This document shows, piece after piece, positions 30,580-40,453 of a stretch of 64,000 nt of DNA. The notes beneath the pieces are model-generated. The model ran no database searches and was not told where the DNA came from. It worked only from the letters and a program-made list of their open reading frames with translations. Where the stretch lies: NCBI GenBank assembly GCA_028712705.1, contig JAQTPP010000002.1:43180-107179 (forward strand), in the 5' to 3' direction. Both the position numbers and the translations under genes were made by a program. Within the stretch, counting starts at the first letter, position 1, and each line of letters begins with the position of its first letter. This stretch comes from Candidatus Daviesbacteria bacterium (GTDB lineage: Bacteria > Patescibacteriota > Microgenomatia > Daviesbacterales > UBA10151).

Positions 30580-31307
30580 GGGTTATAGTTGATTATTCTT
30601 TGGATTTCACTCTGATTTAAAGCAGAATCCTGTGCTTTTATGGAAATGGTATTATCGCCGTCATTTAAAGATTGGTCAATTGTGAAACTCCCATCGCCGT
30701 TGACAATCGCCTGGGTATTGTTGACAAAGACTTTTGCGCCCGGCTCGGTTTTGCCTGAAACTTTTACTTTCCTGTCGCCACCTTGGATCTTTTTGTTGTC
30801 CTCGGGTTCGCTTACGGCAAGAGATGGTTTTTCACTGTCGTAAATTAATTTAATGGTTTTTGACGGTAAGCTTTCTTTCTCCTGTTCGTCCAAAGTAGTG
30901 CCGTAAATGTTATTTATGCCGAGATATAAAGTTACGTTTGCAAAAGTAAAGCTGCCATCACTTGAGACATCAACAGTTTGTAGCGATTCACCGTCAATAT
31001 AAAGCCTGACGCGGGAGTTAGGACTTACAAATCCTTGAATATCAATTTGAGCAGAATTTGTAGCTTCGAAAGGAATATTTAAAACCGGTGGAGCCAGGGA
31101 AGCATTTTGGGCTGATTTAGGAGTTAGTGCCTGGGGAGGTTTGATAATGTTTTTAATAACCCCAATACCGCCGATAAAGTATGGTAAAACCCAATTCAGG
31201 GTGGCGTAGATTAAAAGTAGAATGATAACTAAAGTAACTATGAAATTTCTTTTGCTTTTGCGGGCTAATCTTCTGGCTGATCTTCTGGAGCGGTATCTGT
31301 AAGCCAT
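30576..31307 (-). CDS. Membrane-anchored protein with bacterial Ig-like domains
   Basis: Basic N-terminus, TM helix, VSGKTEPGAKVFVN..DGSF..LNDGDNTI; true start at 31307, since the longer ORF only runs antisense through tRNAs. Confidence 0.8.
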   Translation of the reverse strand: MAYRYRSRRSARRLARKSKRNFIVTLVIILLLIYATLNWVLPYFIGGIGVIKNIIKPPQALTPKSAQNASLAPPVLNIPFEATNSAQIDIQGFVSPNSRVRLYIDGESLQTVDVSSDGSFTFANVTLYLGINNIYGTTLDEQEKESLPSKTIKLIYDSEKPSLAVSEPEDNKKIQGGDRKVKVSGKTEPGAKVFVNNTQAIVNGDGSFTIDQSLNDGDNTISIKAQDSALNQSEIQRIINYNP

Positions 31308-31352
31308 TATACTTCTTAGTATATAACAAAATCTGGTAAAATATGACGGATT

Positions 31353-31426
31353 GCGGGATTTGTATAGTGGTAATACGCTACCTTCCCAAGGTAGAGCCGC
31401 CAGTCCGATTCTGGTATCCCGCTCCA
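31353..31426 (+). tRNA. tRNA-Gly(CCC)
   Basis: gcgggat/atcccgc acceptor stem + tCCA; ctacc-ttCCCaa-ggtag; T loop reads tccgatt. Confidence 0.92.
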
Positions 31427-31498
31427 GCCGAAGTGGCTCAGTGGTAGAGCAGTACTTTCGTAAAGTACGGGTCGTGGGTTCGATTCCCACCTTCGGCT
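31427..31498 (+). tRNA. tRNA-Thr(CGT)
   Basis: gccgaag/cttcggc; gtact-ttCGTaa-agtac; gtgggttcgattcccac. Confidence 0.95.
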
Positions 31499-31516
31499 CT
31501 TGAAACGAAGAATGGT

Positions 31517-33151
31517 CTATTTATTGGTTTCCAGGAGTTCCTGTTTCAAGATTTGATTGTTTGGGTCAATGTTTAGAAGTTGTTTAAAAATTTCCCTTGC
31601 TTTGTCTTTATCCCCCATGTTCAAATAAATAATTCCGATGGCATTTTGCAGTGAGAGGTTTTTTGGATTCATCTGGGCGGCCTTTTGGAAATTCAAAAGG
31701 GCAAGATCGTATTTTTTTTGCTCAAAATATACTGCTCCGATATTCTGATAAGATTGCCATAAATTAGGATTATATTTAAGAGCATTTTGATAATTTTCCA
31801 GGGCTTTTTCCGGCTCATTCAGCTCTCTGTAGGTATTTGCTAAATTGTGATAAGCATCGCCATAATTAGGCTTTAGCGCAATTGCTTTTTGGAATTCCTG
31901 CAAAGCTGCAAGTTTATCACCTTTTCTTCCGTAAACGTCGCCTAAATTATTGTGCGCATTAGGAGAAGAGGGCGAAGTCTTTCCGGTTGCTATCCAAAGA
32001 TTATCCTCAGACTTCCAGTCTATATTTCTGACAATAGTCCTCAAAGTAAATAAAATAATTGTTATAGTGAATAGAATGTATCCGGTTTGCCTGAATTTTG
32101 CAGAAGCTATTAGTTTATCAAACCCGAGTCCTGCCAGGCTTAAGATTCCAATAATAGGAAGGTATAAATATCTTTCGGCAACAACCCAGTTTAACCTGAA
32201 AGGTGTCAAAGTTGGGGATAGGGCAATCAGGAAAAACGATAACCAGAAGAAGATGAATTTATTTTTCTTAAAACTAATTAAGATTCCAGCTAACAAGGCA
32301 ATAGTGATTAGTAGTCTGATGATAAACTGGATTTGGCTGAAAGCCAGTTCAGAATGGTAAAGCGTCAGCGTTTTGGGAAAAAAGATCATCTCAAGATATG
32401 AAGTTACGGCAATAGTGACAATTGCGATGGGATTATCAATCCCGCTTTGCTGATAATGTACGGACCTTAAAGTAGTTTCCCGTTCCGGTAAGGCATTTAA
32501 AGTAATCAATGCAAAAAATAGCGAGATAAAAAGATAGGGAAGCATTTTAGGCCAATTTTTTTTAAGTCCGCCGGCCGTCGGACCAAATGTAATCTCAAAG
32601 AGGGGAAATATTAAAAAAAGCGCTAAAGGCATTTGCGGATGCGACATAAGTGATAATAGGTAAAAAGTAATAGATAATAGGTAATAGAGTTTTTTCCTGG
32701 GGGACAGGAGGTAGAAGAAAAAAGATAATAGGAAGAAGAAACTATATTGTGTATACATGCCTCCGGAGATCCAAACTACAGCTTCGGAAATTGCCGGATG
32801 GACAGCAAACAAACTGGCTACGAAAAAGCCTAAACGTTTGGAATAAAGAAAGTTAAACAAGGCATAGATTAGAAAAACCGAGCCAAGATGAAAAAAGATA
32901 TTAGATAATCTAAAAAGGGCCGGATTAAGCCCTCCAATTTGAAAAATAAACCAGTATAGAAACGGTCTTATGAAGCCAAACGTGTGATTAAAGACATTAC
33001 TGAAGCTACCGATGTTGGGATTCTGGACGATTTCAGTAAGGTCGTCTGATAAAAAAGCATTGTTTAGTGAATTGCCATATGCAACCAAGACCAGTATTAA
33101 CAAGAAAAGCAAACTAAACCGGTGTTTTCCGATTGCTTGGGCAAAGGTCAT
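31517..33151 (-). CDS. TMTC-like GT-C membrane glycosyltransferase with TPR repeats
   Basis: FLSDD, RP, FAVHP..EAVVWIS, AERYLYLP, followed by C-terminal TPR repeats. Confidence 0.82.
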   Translation of the reverse strand: MTFAQAIGKHRFSLLFLLILVLVAYGNSLNNAFLSDDLTEIVQNPNIGSFSNVFNHTFGFIRPFLYWFIFQIGGLNPALFRLSNIFFHLGSVFLIYALFNFLYSKRLGFFVASLFAVHPAISEAVVWISGGMYTQYSFFFLLSFFFYLLSPRKKLYYLLSITFYLLSLMSHPQMPLALFLIFPLFEITFGPTAGGLKKNWPKMLPYLFISLFFALITLNALPERETTLRSVHYQQSGIDNPIAIVTIAVTSYLEMIFFPKTLTLYHSELAFSQIQFIIRLLITIALLAGILISFKKNKFIFFWLSFFLIALSPTLTPFRLNWVVAERYLYLPIIGILSLAGLGFDKLIASAKFRQTGYILFTITIILFTLRTIVRNIDWKSEDNLWIATGKTSPSSPNAHNNLGDVYGRKGDKLAALQEFQKAIALKPNYGDAYHNLANTYRELNEPEKALENYQNALKYNPNLWQSYQNIGAVYFEQKKYDLALLNFQKAAQMNPKNLSLQNAIGIIYLNMGDKDKAREIFKQLLNIDPNNQILKQELLETNK

Positions 33152-33168
33152 TGTTAAAGTATACAAGA

Positions 33169-33771
33169 TTATCTGGGGATAGTTAAGGTGGTCCCGGGTT
33201 CAATCAAATCCGGATTTTGGATGTTATTTGCTTTGGCAATTTTATCAAAAGCGTATATATCCCCATAAGCACGGCCGGCTATTTTGGAAAGCCAGTCATC
33301 TTCTACAACTGTGTATGTGTCGCCGTCAATCTTTGGTCCCCAAATAGTCATATTTCCTCCACCTGTACCTAAGGGTTCTGGTGAGACTTCTGTTTGGGCT
33401 TGCTGAACTTCCAATTTTGGGATTTCAAGCACTTGTCCTGTTTCGACTTGGTCGGGATTTGTTAAATTATTTGCCTGGGCAATTTCCGTATATTTATAGC
33501 CGTCTTGATAGTATTTATCTGCGATCATGAATAAGGTATCACCATCTTTGACGGTATATTTACCAGGAAGTTTGTTTGGTGAAACATCTGTTTCTGCTTG
33601 CGTTTGTTGGGCAGGACCTAAACTGGATTTGCTTTGATTGAGGTAATTAAAGATTAAAATTCCAATGACTAAAATAATTAACACGCCTAAAACTAAACTA
33701 ACTCTGGATTGATTAGATTGAATTTCTTTTTCAAGTTTCTCTAAATAATTACTGGAAGTTTTTTTAGCCAT
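33169..33771 (-). CDS. Membrane-anchored double LysM protein
   Basis: YTVKDGDTL..IA and YTVVEDDWLSKIA..NPDLIEPG. Confidence 0.9.
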   Translation of the reverse strand: MAKKTSSNYLEKLEKEIQSNQSRVSLVLGVLIILVIGILIFNYLNQSKSSLGPAQQTQAETDVSPNKLPGKYTVKDGDTLFMIADKYYQDGYKYTEIAQANNLTNPDQVETGQVLEIPKLEVQQAQTEVSPEPLGTGGGNMTIWGPKIDGDTYTVVEDDWLSKIAGRAYGDIYAFDKIAKANNIQNPDLIEPGTTLTIPR

Positions 33772-33875
33772 TTTTTGGAGCAGATTAGAGGACAGTTATT
33801 GACTTTTACTTTTTATTCCAAATCAGCTTATTTGTCAAGAGGGTAAATATTTTGTTACAATATTCAGCGTATCTT

Positions 33876-33952
33876 GGGGCCGTAGCTCAGTTGGTTAGAG
33901 CGTCTGGTTGTCAACCAGAAGGTCGCGGGTTCAAGTCCCGTCGGCCCCGCCA
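33876..33952 (+). tRNA. tRNA-Asp(GTC)
   Basis: ggggccg/cggcccc + gCCA; tctgg-ttGTCaa-ccaga. Confidence 0.96.
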
Positions 33953-33969
33953 AGTGGTATACTATTTTT

Positions 33970-35715
33970 GTGGAAATATCTAATCAACAATTGGCTAAAA
34001 TCTTTCGCAATGTAGCAGCTGCGTACACTCTTAAAAAAATCGGTAATATTTTTCAAATTCGCGCTTATGAAAATGCCGCTGATGCAATAGAGCATTCAAC
34101 TGCAGAAGTTCAAGATCTTTGGCAGGAAGGCAAACTCTCAGAAATTCCAACATTGGGAGAAAAACTTCAGGATTATTTGGATGAATTGTTTACAAAAGGG
34201 AAAGTTAAGCATTTTGAGCAGGTCGAGAAAGGTATCCCTGCTGTAGTGTTTGACTTACTTGATATCGGCGGAGTGGGGCCAAAAAATGCGGCCAAGCTAG
34301 CCGAACTTGGTGTTAAGGATTTGGAGGATTTAAAAAAGAAAATTAAGTCAGGGGAGCTGGTTAGTAAAGGTTTTTCTGCTAAAATCGCTCAAAATATCAT
34401 GTTAGGTCTTCTTGACTTAGATCAAAAGGATCACAGGATGCTTTTGCCATATGCCTTCGCGCAAGCTGACAAGATTTTGAATTATTTAAAAAAGAGCCCT
34501 GATATATTAGAGGTACACCCCTTAGGTTCCTTGCGGAGAATGGTGGCAACAGTGGGGGATTTGGACTTTTCAGTTAGCTCGGAAAAAGAAAAAGAAGTGG
34601 TGGAATATTTTTGTAAGATGCCGGGAGTTTCCCGGGTGGTTGATAAAGGAGAAAACAAGGCTACGATAGTTTTGACAAGCGGTATTCAGGTTGACTTATT
34701 GGTTGGTAAACCTGAAAGTTATGGAGCCCTTTTGCAGCATTTCACTGGCTCCAAAGCTCACAATATTAAGCTGAGGACTCTTGCTCAGCAAAAAGGTTTC
34801 TCTTTGTCTGAATATGGAGTCAAAAATGTCACAAGTAACAAGTTGCAAGAGACAAGAACAGAAGAAGAGTTTTACAAATTGCTGGGAATGCAGACTCCTC
34901 CGCCCGAAATTAGGGAGGATACGGATGAAATTGAGGCCGCAACTGCGCATAAATTACCTGAGCTAGTAGATTTTGAAGACATTAAGGGTGATTTGCATAT
35001 CCATTCTAATTTGATTTCCCAACCCTCTCATGATGTCGGAGCAAATAGTGTTGAGGAAATAGTAAGCAAAGCAAAGGACCTGGGATATTCTTATATTGGT
35101 ATAACTGATCATCAGCCAAGTCAGACAGGTCACACTATAAGCCAGACAATCAGACTAGTTGAGAAAAAGAAAAAGATAATCGAGGAAATAAATTCCTCAC
35201 AAAAAAGTGTTCGAGTACTAAACTTACTCGAAGTAGATATTTTACCTGATGGTAGCTTGAGTTTATCCGAACAAGCCTTGAAACTTCTGGATTTTGCCAT
35301 TGCTTCTGTTCATTCATCTTTTAACATGCCTGAAGAAAAAATGACACAAAGAATATTAAAAGCTTTGGAAAGCCCTTATGTAAAAGCGCTAGGTCATCCA
35401 ACCGGAAGACTGATTGGCAAAAGGGATTCTTATGAGGCTGACTGGAGGAAGATTTTTGAATTTGCAGCCAAAAATAAAAAAGCTTTGGAAATAAATGCTC
35501 ATCCAAATAGATTAGATTTAAGGGATGATCTCGTCAGGACGGCACTCAGCTTTGATGTAAAATTCGTCATCAATACTGATGCCCACGAGGTTTCTCAAAT
35601 GGACAACATGAGGTTTGGGGTAGCAGGGGCCCGCAGAGGTTGGGCTACAAAAAAAGATGTAGTTAATACCTGGGACTGGACAGATCTTGCAAAATGGTTT
35701 AGGATTAACTTATGA
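33970..35715 (+). CDS. polX: DNA polymerase X with PHP domain
   Basis: [41 protein letters not shown]. Confidence 0.93.
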   Translation: MEISNQQLAKIFRNVAAAYTLKKIGNIFQIRAYENAADAIEHSTAEVQDLWQEGKLSEIPTLGEKLQDYLDELFTKGKVKHFEQVEKGIPAVVFDLLDIGGVGPKNAAKLAELGVKDLEDLKKKIKSGELVSKGFSAKIAQNIMLGLLDLDQKDHRMLLPYAFAQADKILNYLKKSPDILEVHPLGSLRRMVATVGDLDFSVSSEKEKEVVEYFCKMPGVSRVVDKGENKATIVLTSGIQVDLLVGKPESYGALLQHFTGSKAHNIKLRTLAQQKGFSLSEYGVKNVTSNKLQETRTEEEFYKLLGMQTPPPEIREDTDEIEAATAHKLPELVDFEDIKGDLHIHSNLISQPSHDVGANSVEEIVSKAKDLGYSYIGITDHQPSQTGHTISQTIRLVEKKKKIIEEINSSQKSVRVLNLLEVDILPDGSLSLSEQALKLLDFAIASVHSSFNMPEEKMTQRILKALESPYVKALGHPTGRLIGKRDSYEADWRKIFEFAAKNKKALEINAHPNRLDLRDDLVRTALSFDVKFVINTDAHEVSQMDNMRFGVAGARRGWATKKDVVNTWDWTDLAKWFRINL

Positions 35716-36260
35716 TCATGTATGTAATTGCGGGGGTAATTATTGTAGTAATATTATGGCTGTTTGCTACATACAACTCGCTTGTTACTTTGCGTAATCG
35801 TGTTCGTGAAGCCTGGTCTCAAATTGATGTGCAACTGAAAAGACGGTCATCTTTAATCCCAAACTTACTCGAAGTTGTGAAGGGTTATGCCAAGCATGAA
35901 AAAAGCGTTTTTGAAAATGTTACAAAAGCAAGAAGCGCCCTTTTGGGTGCCAAAAATCCCGGGCAAGCTGCAGCGGCAAATGATATGTTGACCGGTGCTT
36001 TAAAATCTCTGTTTGCGGTAGCAGAGGCTTATCCCAATCTTCGGGCGTCTGAAAATTTTAAGGAGCTTCAGGAAGAAATTTCCGATACGGAAACCAAAGT
36101 AGCAGCCTCCAGGCAGTTTTATAACACCAATGTTTTGGATTTGAATAACACTATTGAAACATTTCCTTCAGCCTTGATTGCCAATATGTTCGGTTTCCAA
36201 AAGGCTGATTTCTTCCAAGCTTCAGAGGAAGAGAAAAAAGATATAAAAGTTAAATTTTAA
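35712..36260 (+). CDS. lemA: LemA family protein
   Basis: [26 protein letters not shown]. Confidence 0.94.
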   Translation: MIMYVIAGVIIVVILWLFATYNSLVTLRNRVREAWSQIDVQLKRRSSLIPNLLEVVKGYAKHEKSVFENVTKARSALLGAKNPGQAAAANDMLTGALKSLFAVAEAYPNLRASENFKELQEEISDTETKVAASRQFYNTNVLDLNNTIETFPSALIANMFGFQKADFFQASEEEKKDIKVKF

Positions 36261-36267
36261 ACTCCAC

Positions 36268-36333
36268 GCAATCTTCCGCGGTAGATTGCCGCGCTAATCG
36301 CCCCGCTTTGCGGGACTATAGCTCGCAATGACA
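36268..36333. repeat. REP-like palindromic element ending gctcgcaatgaca
   Basis: gcaatct..agattgc and cccgc..gcggg hairpins; same 3' end as 38990-39052. Confidence 0.65.
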
Positions 36334-36360
36334 AAAGAGAAATGATAAAATAAACCCAAT

Positions 36361-37287
36361 ATGGCAACTGTTAATACAGCTTGGGATCAAGTTTCCGGAA
36401 ACATTTTCAAGACATGGTTAATCATGTTTTTATTTTCCATATTTGCAATCGGGGTGATATATGTTCTGGCAATGGGGTTTGGATTTGACAGAACCGGAGG
36501 TTTGGGGTTTGTAGGAATGGCATTGATTTTAGTCGGGATAATGAATTTCGTCTCGTATTACTATTCAGACAAGATTGTTTTGGGAATTTCCGGGGCCAAG
36601 TTGCTAAAACATGATGTTAACAAAGAGCTTTATCATTTGGTGGAAAATTTATGCATTGCTGCGGGTTTACCTATTCCCAAAATTTATATAATTGAAGACA
36701 GCGCCACCAATGCTTTTGCAACGGGAAGAGATCCAAAGCATGCTGCGATTTGTTTTACAACAGGAATTTTAAGCAAACTTAGCAAACAGGAGTTGGAGGG
36801 AGTGACGGCCCACGAGCTATCGCATGTCGGAAACAGGGATACACTCCTCATGAGTGTTGTATCTGTTTTAGTAGGGACTATTGCACTTCTTTCCGATTGG
36901 TTTATGCGGTCAATGTGGTTTGGCGGGCATGATGATAGAGATAATAAAGGAAATTCAATAATGCTGGTTGTGGCTATTGTAGCAGCAATTTTGGCTCCAA
37001 TTGTGGCGACTTTAATACAACTTGCGGTATCAAGGCGTCGGGAGCTTTTGGCAGATGCTTCCGGGGTTTTGCTAACCAGATATCCGGAAGGTTTGATAAA
37101 TGCACTGTTAAAAATTTCTTCTGATAAAGAACCGCTGGAAGCAGCCAATAGAGGAACTGCTCATCTGTATATTGTAAATCCCCTTAAAGGTAAAGATGCG
37201 GCCGGTTGGTTTGCCGGTCTTTTTAATACCCATCCTTCAATAGATGTTCGTGTTAAAGCCCTGCGTGAAATGGAGGGAAAAGTCTAG
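36361..37287 (+). CDS. htpX: HtpX-like M48 zinc protease
   Basis: NAFATG, AHELSH, SRRRELLAD, THP. Confidence 0.92.
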   Translation: MATVNTAWDQVSGNIFKTWLIMFLFSIFAIGVIYVLAMGFGFDRTGGLGFVGMALILVGIMNFVSYYYSDKIVLGISGAKLLKHDVNKELYHLVENLCIAAGLPIPKIYIIEDSATNAFATGRDPKHAAICFTTGILSKLSKQELEGVTAHELSHVGNRDTLLMSVVSVLVGTIALLSDWFMRSMWFGGHDDRDNKGNSIMLVVAIVAAILAPIVATLIQLAVSRRRELLADASGVLLTRYPEGLINALLKISSDKEPLEAANRGTAHLYIVNPLKGKDAAGWFAGLFNTHPSIDVRVKALREMEGKV

Positions 37288-37300
37288 TTGTAATCCAATT

Positions 37301-37594
37301 ATGAAGTTAACATCAGATCAAATAAAACATGTAGCTAAACTGGCTAATCTGCCACTGACTCCTGATGAGGAAGAAAAATATTCTGATCAGCTTTCCAAAA
37401 TTTTAGAATACGTTGAGCAACTTAATCAGGTTGACACATCCGATGTGGAGTCGACATTTAATGTAACTGGCCAAAGCAATGTAATGAGGGAAGATGAAAC
37501 TACTCCCAGTTTATCTCAAGAAGAAGCGTTGTCAAATGCACCGAGAAAGAAAGACAGCATGTTTGTAACGAAAGGAGTATTTGAAGAACAGTAA
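37301..37594 (+). CDS. gatC: Asp/Glu-tRNA amidotransferase subunit C
   Basis: [26 protein letters not shown]. Confidence 0.92.
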   Translation: MKLTSDQIKHVAKLANLPLTPDEEEKYSDQLSKILEYVEQLNQVDTSDVESTFNVTGQSNVMREDETTPSLSQEEALSNAPRKKDSMFVTKGVFEEQ

Positions 37595-37644
37595 TTTTTA
37601 CAAGGTCAGACCTTGAGTGCTCAAGGTCTGACCTTAACAAGACT

Positions 37645-39000
37645 ATGAATATAACGGAACTAACGCTTACAGAAACTTTAGAAGCTTTAAAACGGAAAGA
37701 TTTTTCGGAAGAAGAGTTAAATAAGGCTTATTTAGAAAGAGCAGCAAAATTAAACCCGAAATTAAATATTTTTTTAGAAATTAAAAAAAATTCTTGCGGT
37801 ATTCCTGCGGCAATTAAAGACGCAATTTTAACCAAAGGAATGAAAACTACAGCTGCTTCTAAAATATTGAGTAATTTTTTACCCCCTTACAATGCTACGG
37901 TTATAAATAAACTAATAGAGCAGGGGATTAGTATTCTTGGAAAGACCAATTGTGATGAATTTGCCATGGGAGGATCAGGAGAAAATTCTGCCTTCGGATC
38001 AACAAAAAATCCCTGGAATTTAAATAAAGTTACAGGTGGCTCTTCCAGCGGTTCGGCAGCAGCGGTAGCAGCAGACTTATGTGCATTTGCGCTAGGTTCT
38101 GATACTGGTGGATCTATCCGCCAACCTGCCTCTCTTTGTGGGGTAGTGGGTTTAAAGCCAACTTACGGCCGGGTTCCGAGATACGGGCTTATTGCCATGG
38201 CCTCCTCCTTAGATACAATCGGACCCATCACTAAATCAGTTGAAGATGCGGCTCAGGTTCTAGAGTGGATAAGCGGCAGCGACGGCTATGATTCTAACTG
38301 TAGCGATACAAAGTTTACGTTACAACCTGAAAGGTTGACGCAGGGAATTAAAGGTTTAAAAATAGGAGTGCCAAAGGAATATTTTAGTGAGGGGTTAGAT
38401 CCTGAAGTAAAAAAAGTTATTGAGGATGCAATAAAAAAGCTGGAAGAGCAAGGTGCAGAAATAGTAGAAGTAAGTTTGCCTAACAGTAAATATGCCTTAG
38501 CAGCATATTACATCATTGTTCCCTCTGAGATATCAGCCAATATGGCTCGATTTGACGGCATCAGGTATGGATCCGCCAGGGCAGACTTTGGACCGGAAAT
38601 TAAAAGAAGGATAATGCTTGGGACATATGCCCTATCAAGCGGATATTATGAGGAGTACTACGCCAAGGCAGCACAGGTGAGAACTTTAGTGAAGCAGGAT
38701 TTTGATAAAGCATTTGCCAATGTTGATGTGATAGTTGGTCCGGTCTCCCCCACCACAACCTGGAATTTAGGAGAGAAAATAGACGATCCGCTTACTATGT
38801 ATTTATCTGATATTTATACAATTTCTGCTAACTTGGCGGGAATTCCGGGATTATCCGTACCATGCGGGTTCGCTGACGAACTTCCGGTAGGCCTGCAGAT
38901 TTTGGGAAAGCAGTGGGATGAGGAAACTATTTTAAGGGTAGGTTACGCTTATGAGCAGGCAACGGAGTGGAGAAAGGAAAAACCGAAATTGTCATTCTGA
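37645..39000 (+). CDS. gatA: Asp/Glu-tRNA amidotransferase subunit A
   Basis: [31 protein letters not shown]. Confidence 0.96.
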   Translation: MNITELTLTETLEALKRKDFSEEELNKAYLERAAKLNPKLNIFLEIKKNSCGIPAAIKDAILTKGMKTTAASKILSNFLPPYNATVINKLIEQGISILGKTNCDEFAMGGSGENSAFGSTKNPWNLNKVTGGSSSGSAAAVAADLCAFALGSDTGGSIRQPASLCGVVGLKPTYGRVPRYGLIAMASSLDTIGPITKSVEDAAQVLEWISGSDGYDSNCSDTKFTLQPERLTQGIKGLKIGVPKEYFSEGLDPEVKKVIEDAIKKLEEQGAEIVEVSLPNSKYALAAYYIIVPSEISANMARFDGIRYGSARADFGPEIKRRIMLGTYALSSGYYEEYYAKAAQVRTLVKQDFDKAFANVDVIVGPVSPTTTWNLGEKIDDPLTMYLSDIYTISANLAGIPGLSVPCGFADELPVGLQILGKQWDEETILRVGYAYEQATEWRKEKPKLSF

Positions 39001-39052
39001 GTGATTAGCAACCGCGTGCCGCCACCGCTCACTACGTTCGCTCGCAATGACA
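38990..39052. repeat. REP-like element tgtcatt...caatgaca between gatA and gatB
   Basis: Terminal inverted tgtcatt/aatgaca; overlaps the gatA stop. Confidence 0.65.
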
Positions 39053-39063
39053 GAAGAAGAAAT

Positions 39064-40395
39064 ATGAATAATTACGAACCAATTATAGGGCTTGAGGTTC
39101 ATGTAGAGTTAAATACCAAATCCAAAATGTTTTGCCGTTGCAGTGCCGATTATTTTGGCAAAGAACCTAATACTCACACCTGCCCTGTTTGTTTAGGATT
39201 GCCGGGAGCGCTGCCTGTTATTAATAAACAAGCTATTGAGAGCTGTATAAAAATTGGCTTGGCTTTGGGTTGCCAAATTTCAAAAAAGTCTCTTTTCGAA
39301 AGAAAAAATTATTTTTATCCTGATTTGCCAAAAGGTTTTCAAATTTCCCAATACCGCTGGCCACTGTGTATCAACGGACAAATAACTTTAGATAGCGGAC
39401 AAGTAATTAGAATTAACCGTGTGCATCAGGAAGAGGACACCGGAAAATTATCACACCGGGGAGATGTGACACTGGTAGATTTTAATAGATCGGGAGTGCC
39501 TTTGGTGGAGATAGTCACCGAACCTGATTTTAGGGATGTTGAATCAGTCCGTGATTATGCCAAAAAATTGCAGCAGCTTTTGAGATATTTGGGGGTTTCA
39601 AATGCAGATATGGAGCGGGGAGATATGAGACTTGAAGCGAACATTAGCGTCCATCCTATAGCTATAGCCTCCAAGGCGTCCCCCTGGAGGCTACCGGATT
39701 ACAGGGTAGAGTTAAAAAATATTAACAGTTTTAGATTTATAGTAGCGGCAATTGAGTATGAAATTAAACGGCAAATTGAAGCTTTGGAAAAAGGAGAGAA
39801 ATTACTTCAGGAAACCAGAGGTTGGAATGAGGACAAAAAGTGTACGTTTTTGCAAAGAAGTAAAGAAGAAGCTCATGATTACCGCTATTTTCCCGAACCG
39901 GATCTGCCGGAAATTGAAATTCAGAATTCAGATACCAAAAAAATTGCGGAACAATTGCCGGAACTACCCTGGAGCAAGAGCAAGAGGTTTGCGGATGAGT
40001 TTAAGCTGACAGCAACGCAAGCGCAAATATTAAGCGAATCAAAAGAGCTGGCCTGGTTCTTTGAGGAAACAGTCAAACATGGTAACAAACATGGAGTAAG
40101 CGCAAAGGAGATAGCAAATCATCTGATTAATAAAAAAACAGATATAAATATAGTGCTTCCGGTGCAGGTTATTGAAGAGTTAAAGGGTAAAAGAGTCGGA
40201 ATAATAGAGAATAAAGAAGAGCTGGAAGAACTTGCTGAACAAGCTGTCAAAAAAAATGCAAACGCAGTTCTGGATTATAAGAAAGGTAAAGAGGTAGCGC
40301 TGCAAGTTTTAATAGGCGCAGTAATGAAATTATCTTTAGGCAAAGCAGATATTGCTAAATTGAAGCCGATTTTGGAAAAATTACTTAAATCTTAA
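39064..40395 (+). CDS. gatB: Asp/Glu-tRNA amidotransferase subunit B
   Basis: IGLEVHVEL, KNYFYPDLPK, DFNRSGVPLVEIV, DYRYFPEPD. Confidence 0.96.
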   Translation: MNNYEPIIGLEVHVELNTKSKMFCRCSADYFGKEPNTHTCPVCLGLPGALPVINKQAIESCIKIGLALGCQISKKSLFERKNYFYPDLPKGFQISQYRWPLCINGQITLDSGQVIRINRVHQEEDTGKLSHRGDVTLVDFNRSGVPLVEIVTEPDFRDVESVRDYAKKLQQLLRYLGVSNADMERGDMRLEANISVHPIAIASKASPWRLPDYRVELKNINSFRFIVAAIEYEIKRQIEALEKGEKLLQETRGWNEDKKCTFLQRSKEEAHDYRYFPEPDLPEIEIQNSDTKKIAEQLPELPWSKSKRFADEFKLTATQAQILSESKELAWFFEETVKHGNKHGVSAKEIANHLINKKTDINIVLPVQVIEELKGKRVGIIENKEELEELAEQAVKKNANAVLDYKKGKEVALQVLIGAVMKLSLGKADIAKLKPILEKLLKS

Positions 40396-40453
40396 ACTCC
40401 CTCTTGAAATAACATCCCAAGGTGCTGGTAAAATGACAACCACAAAGACTATT

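Noticed and set aside
31308-31490. N-terminal extension of the Ig-like ORF
   Set aside because: It is the antisense reading of tRNA-Thr and tRNA-Gly
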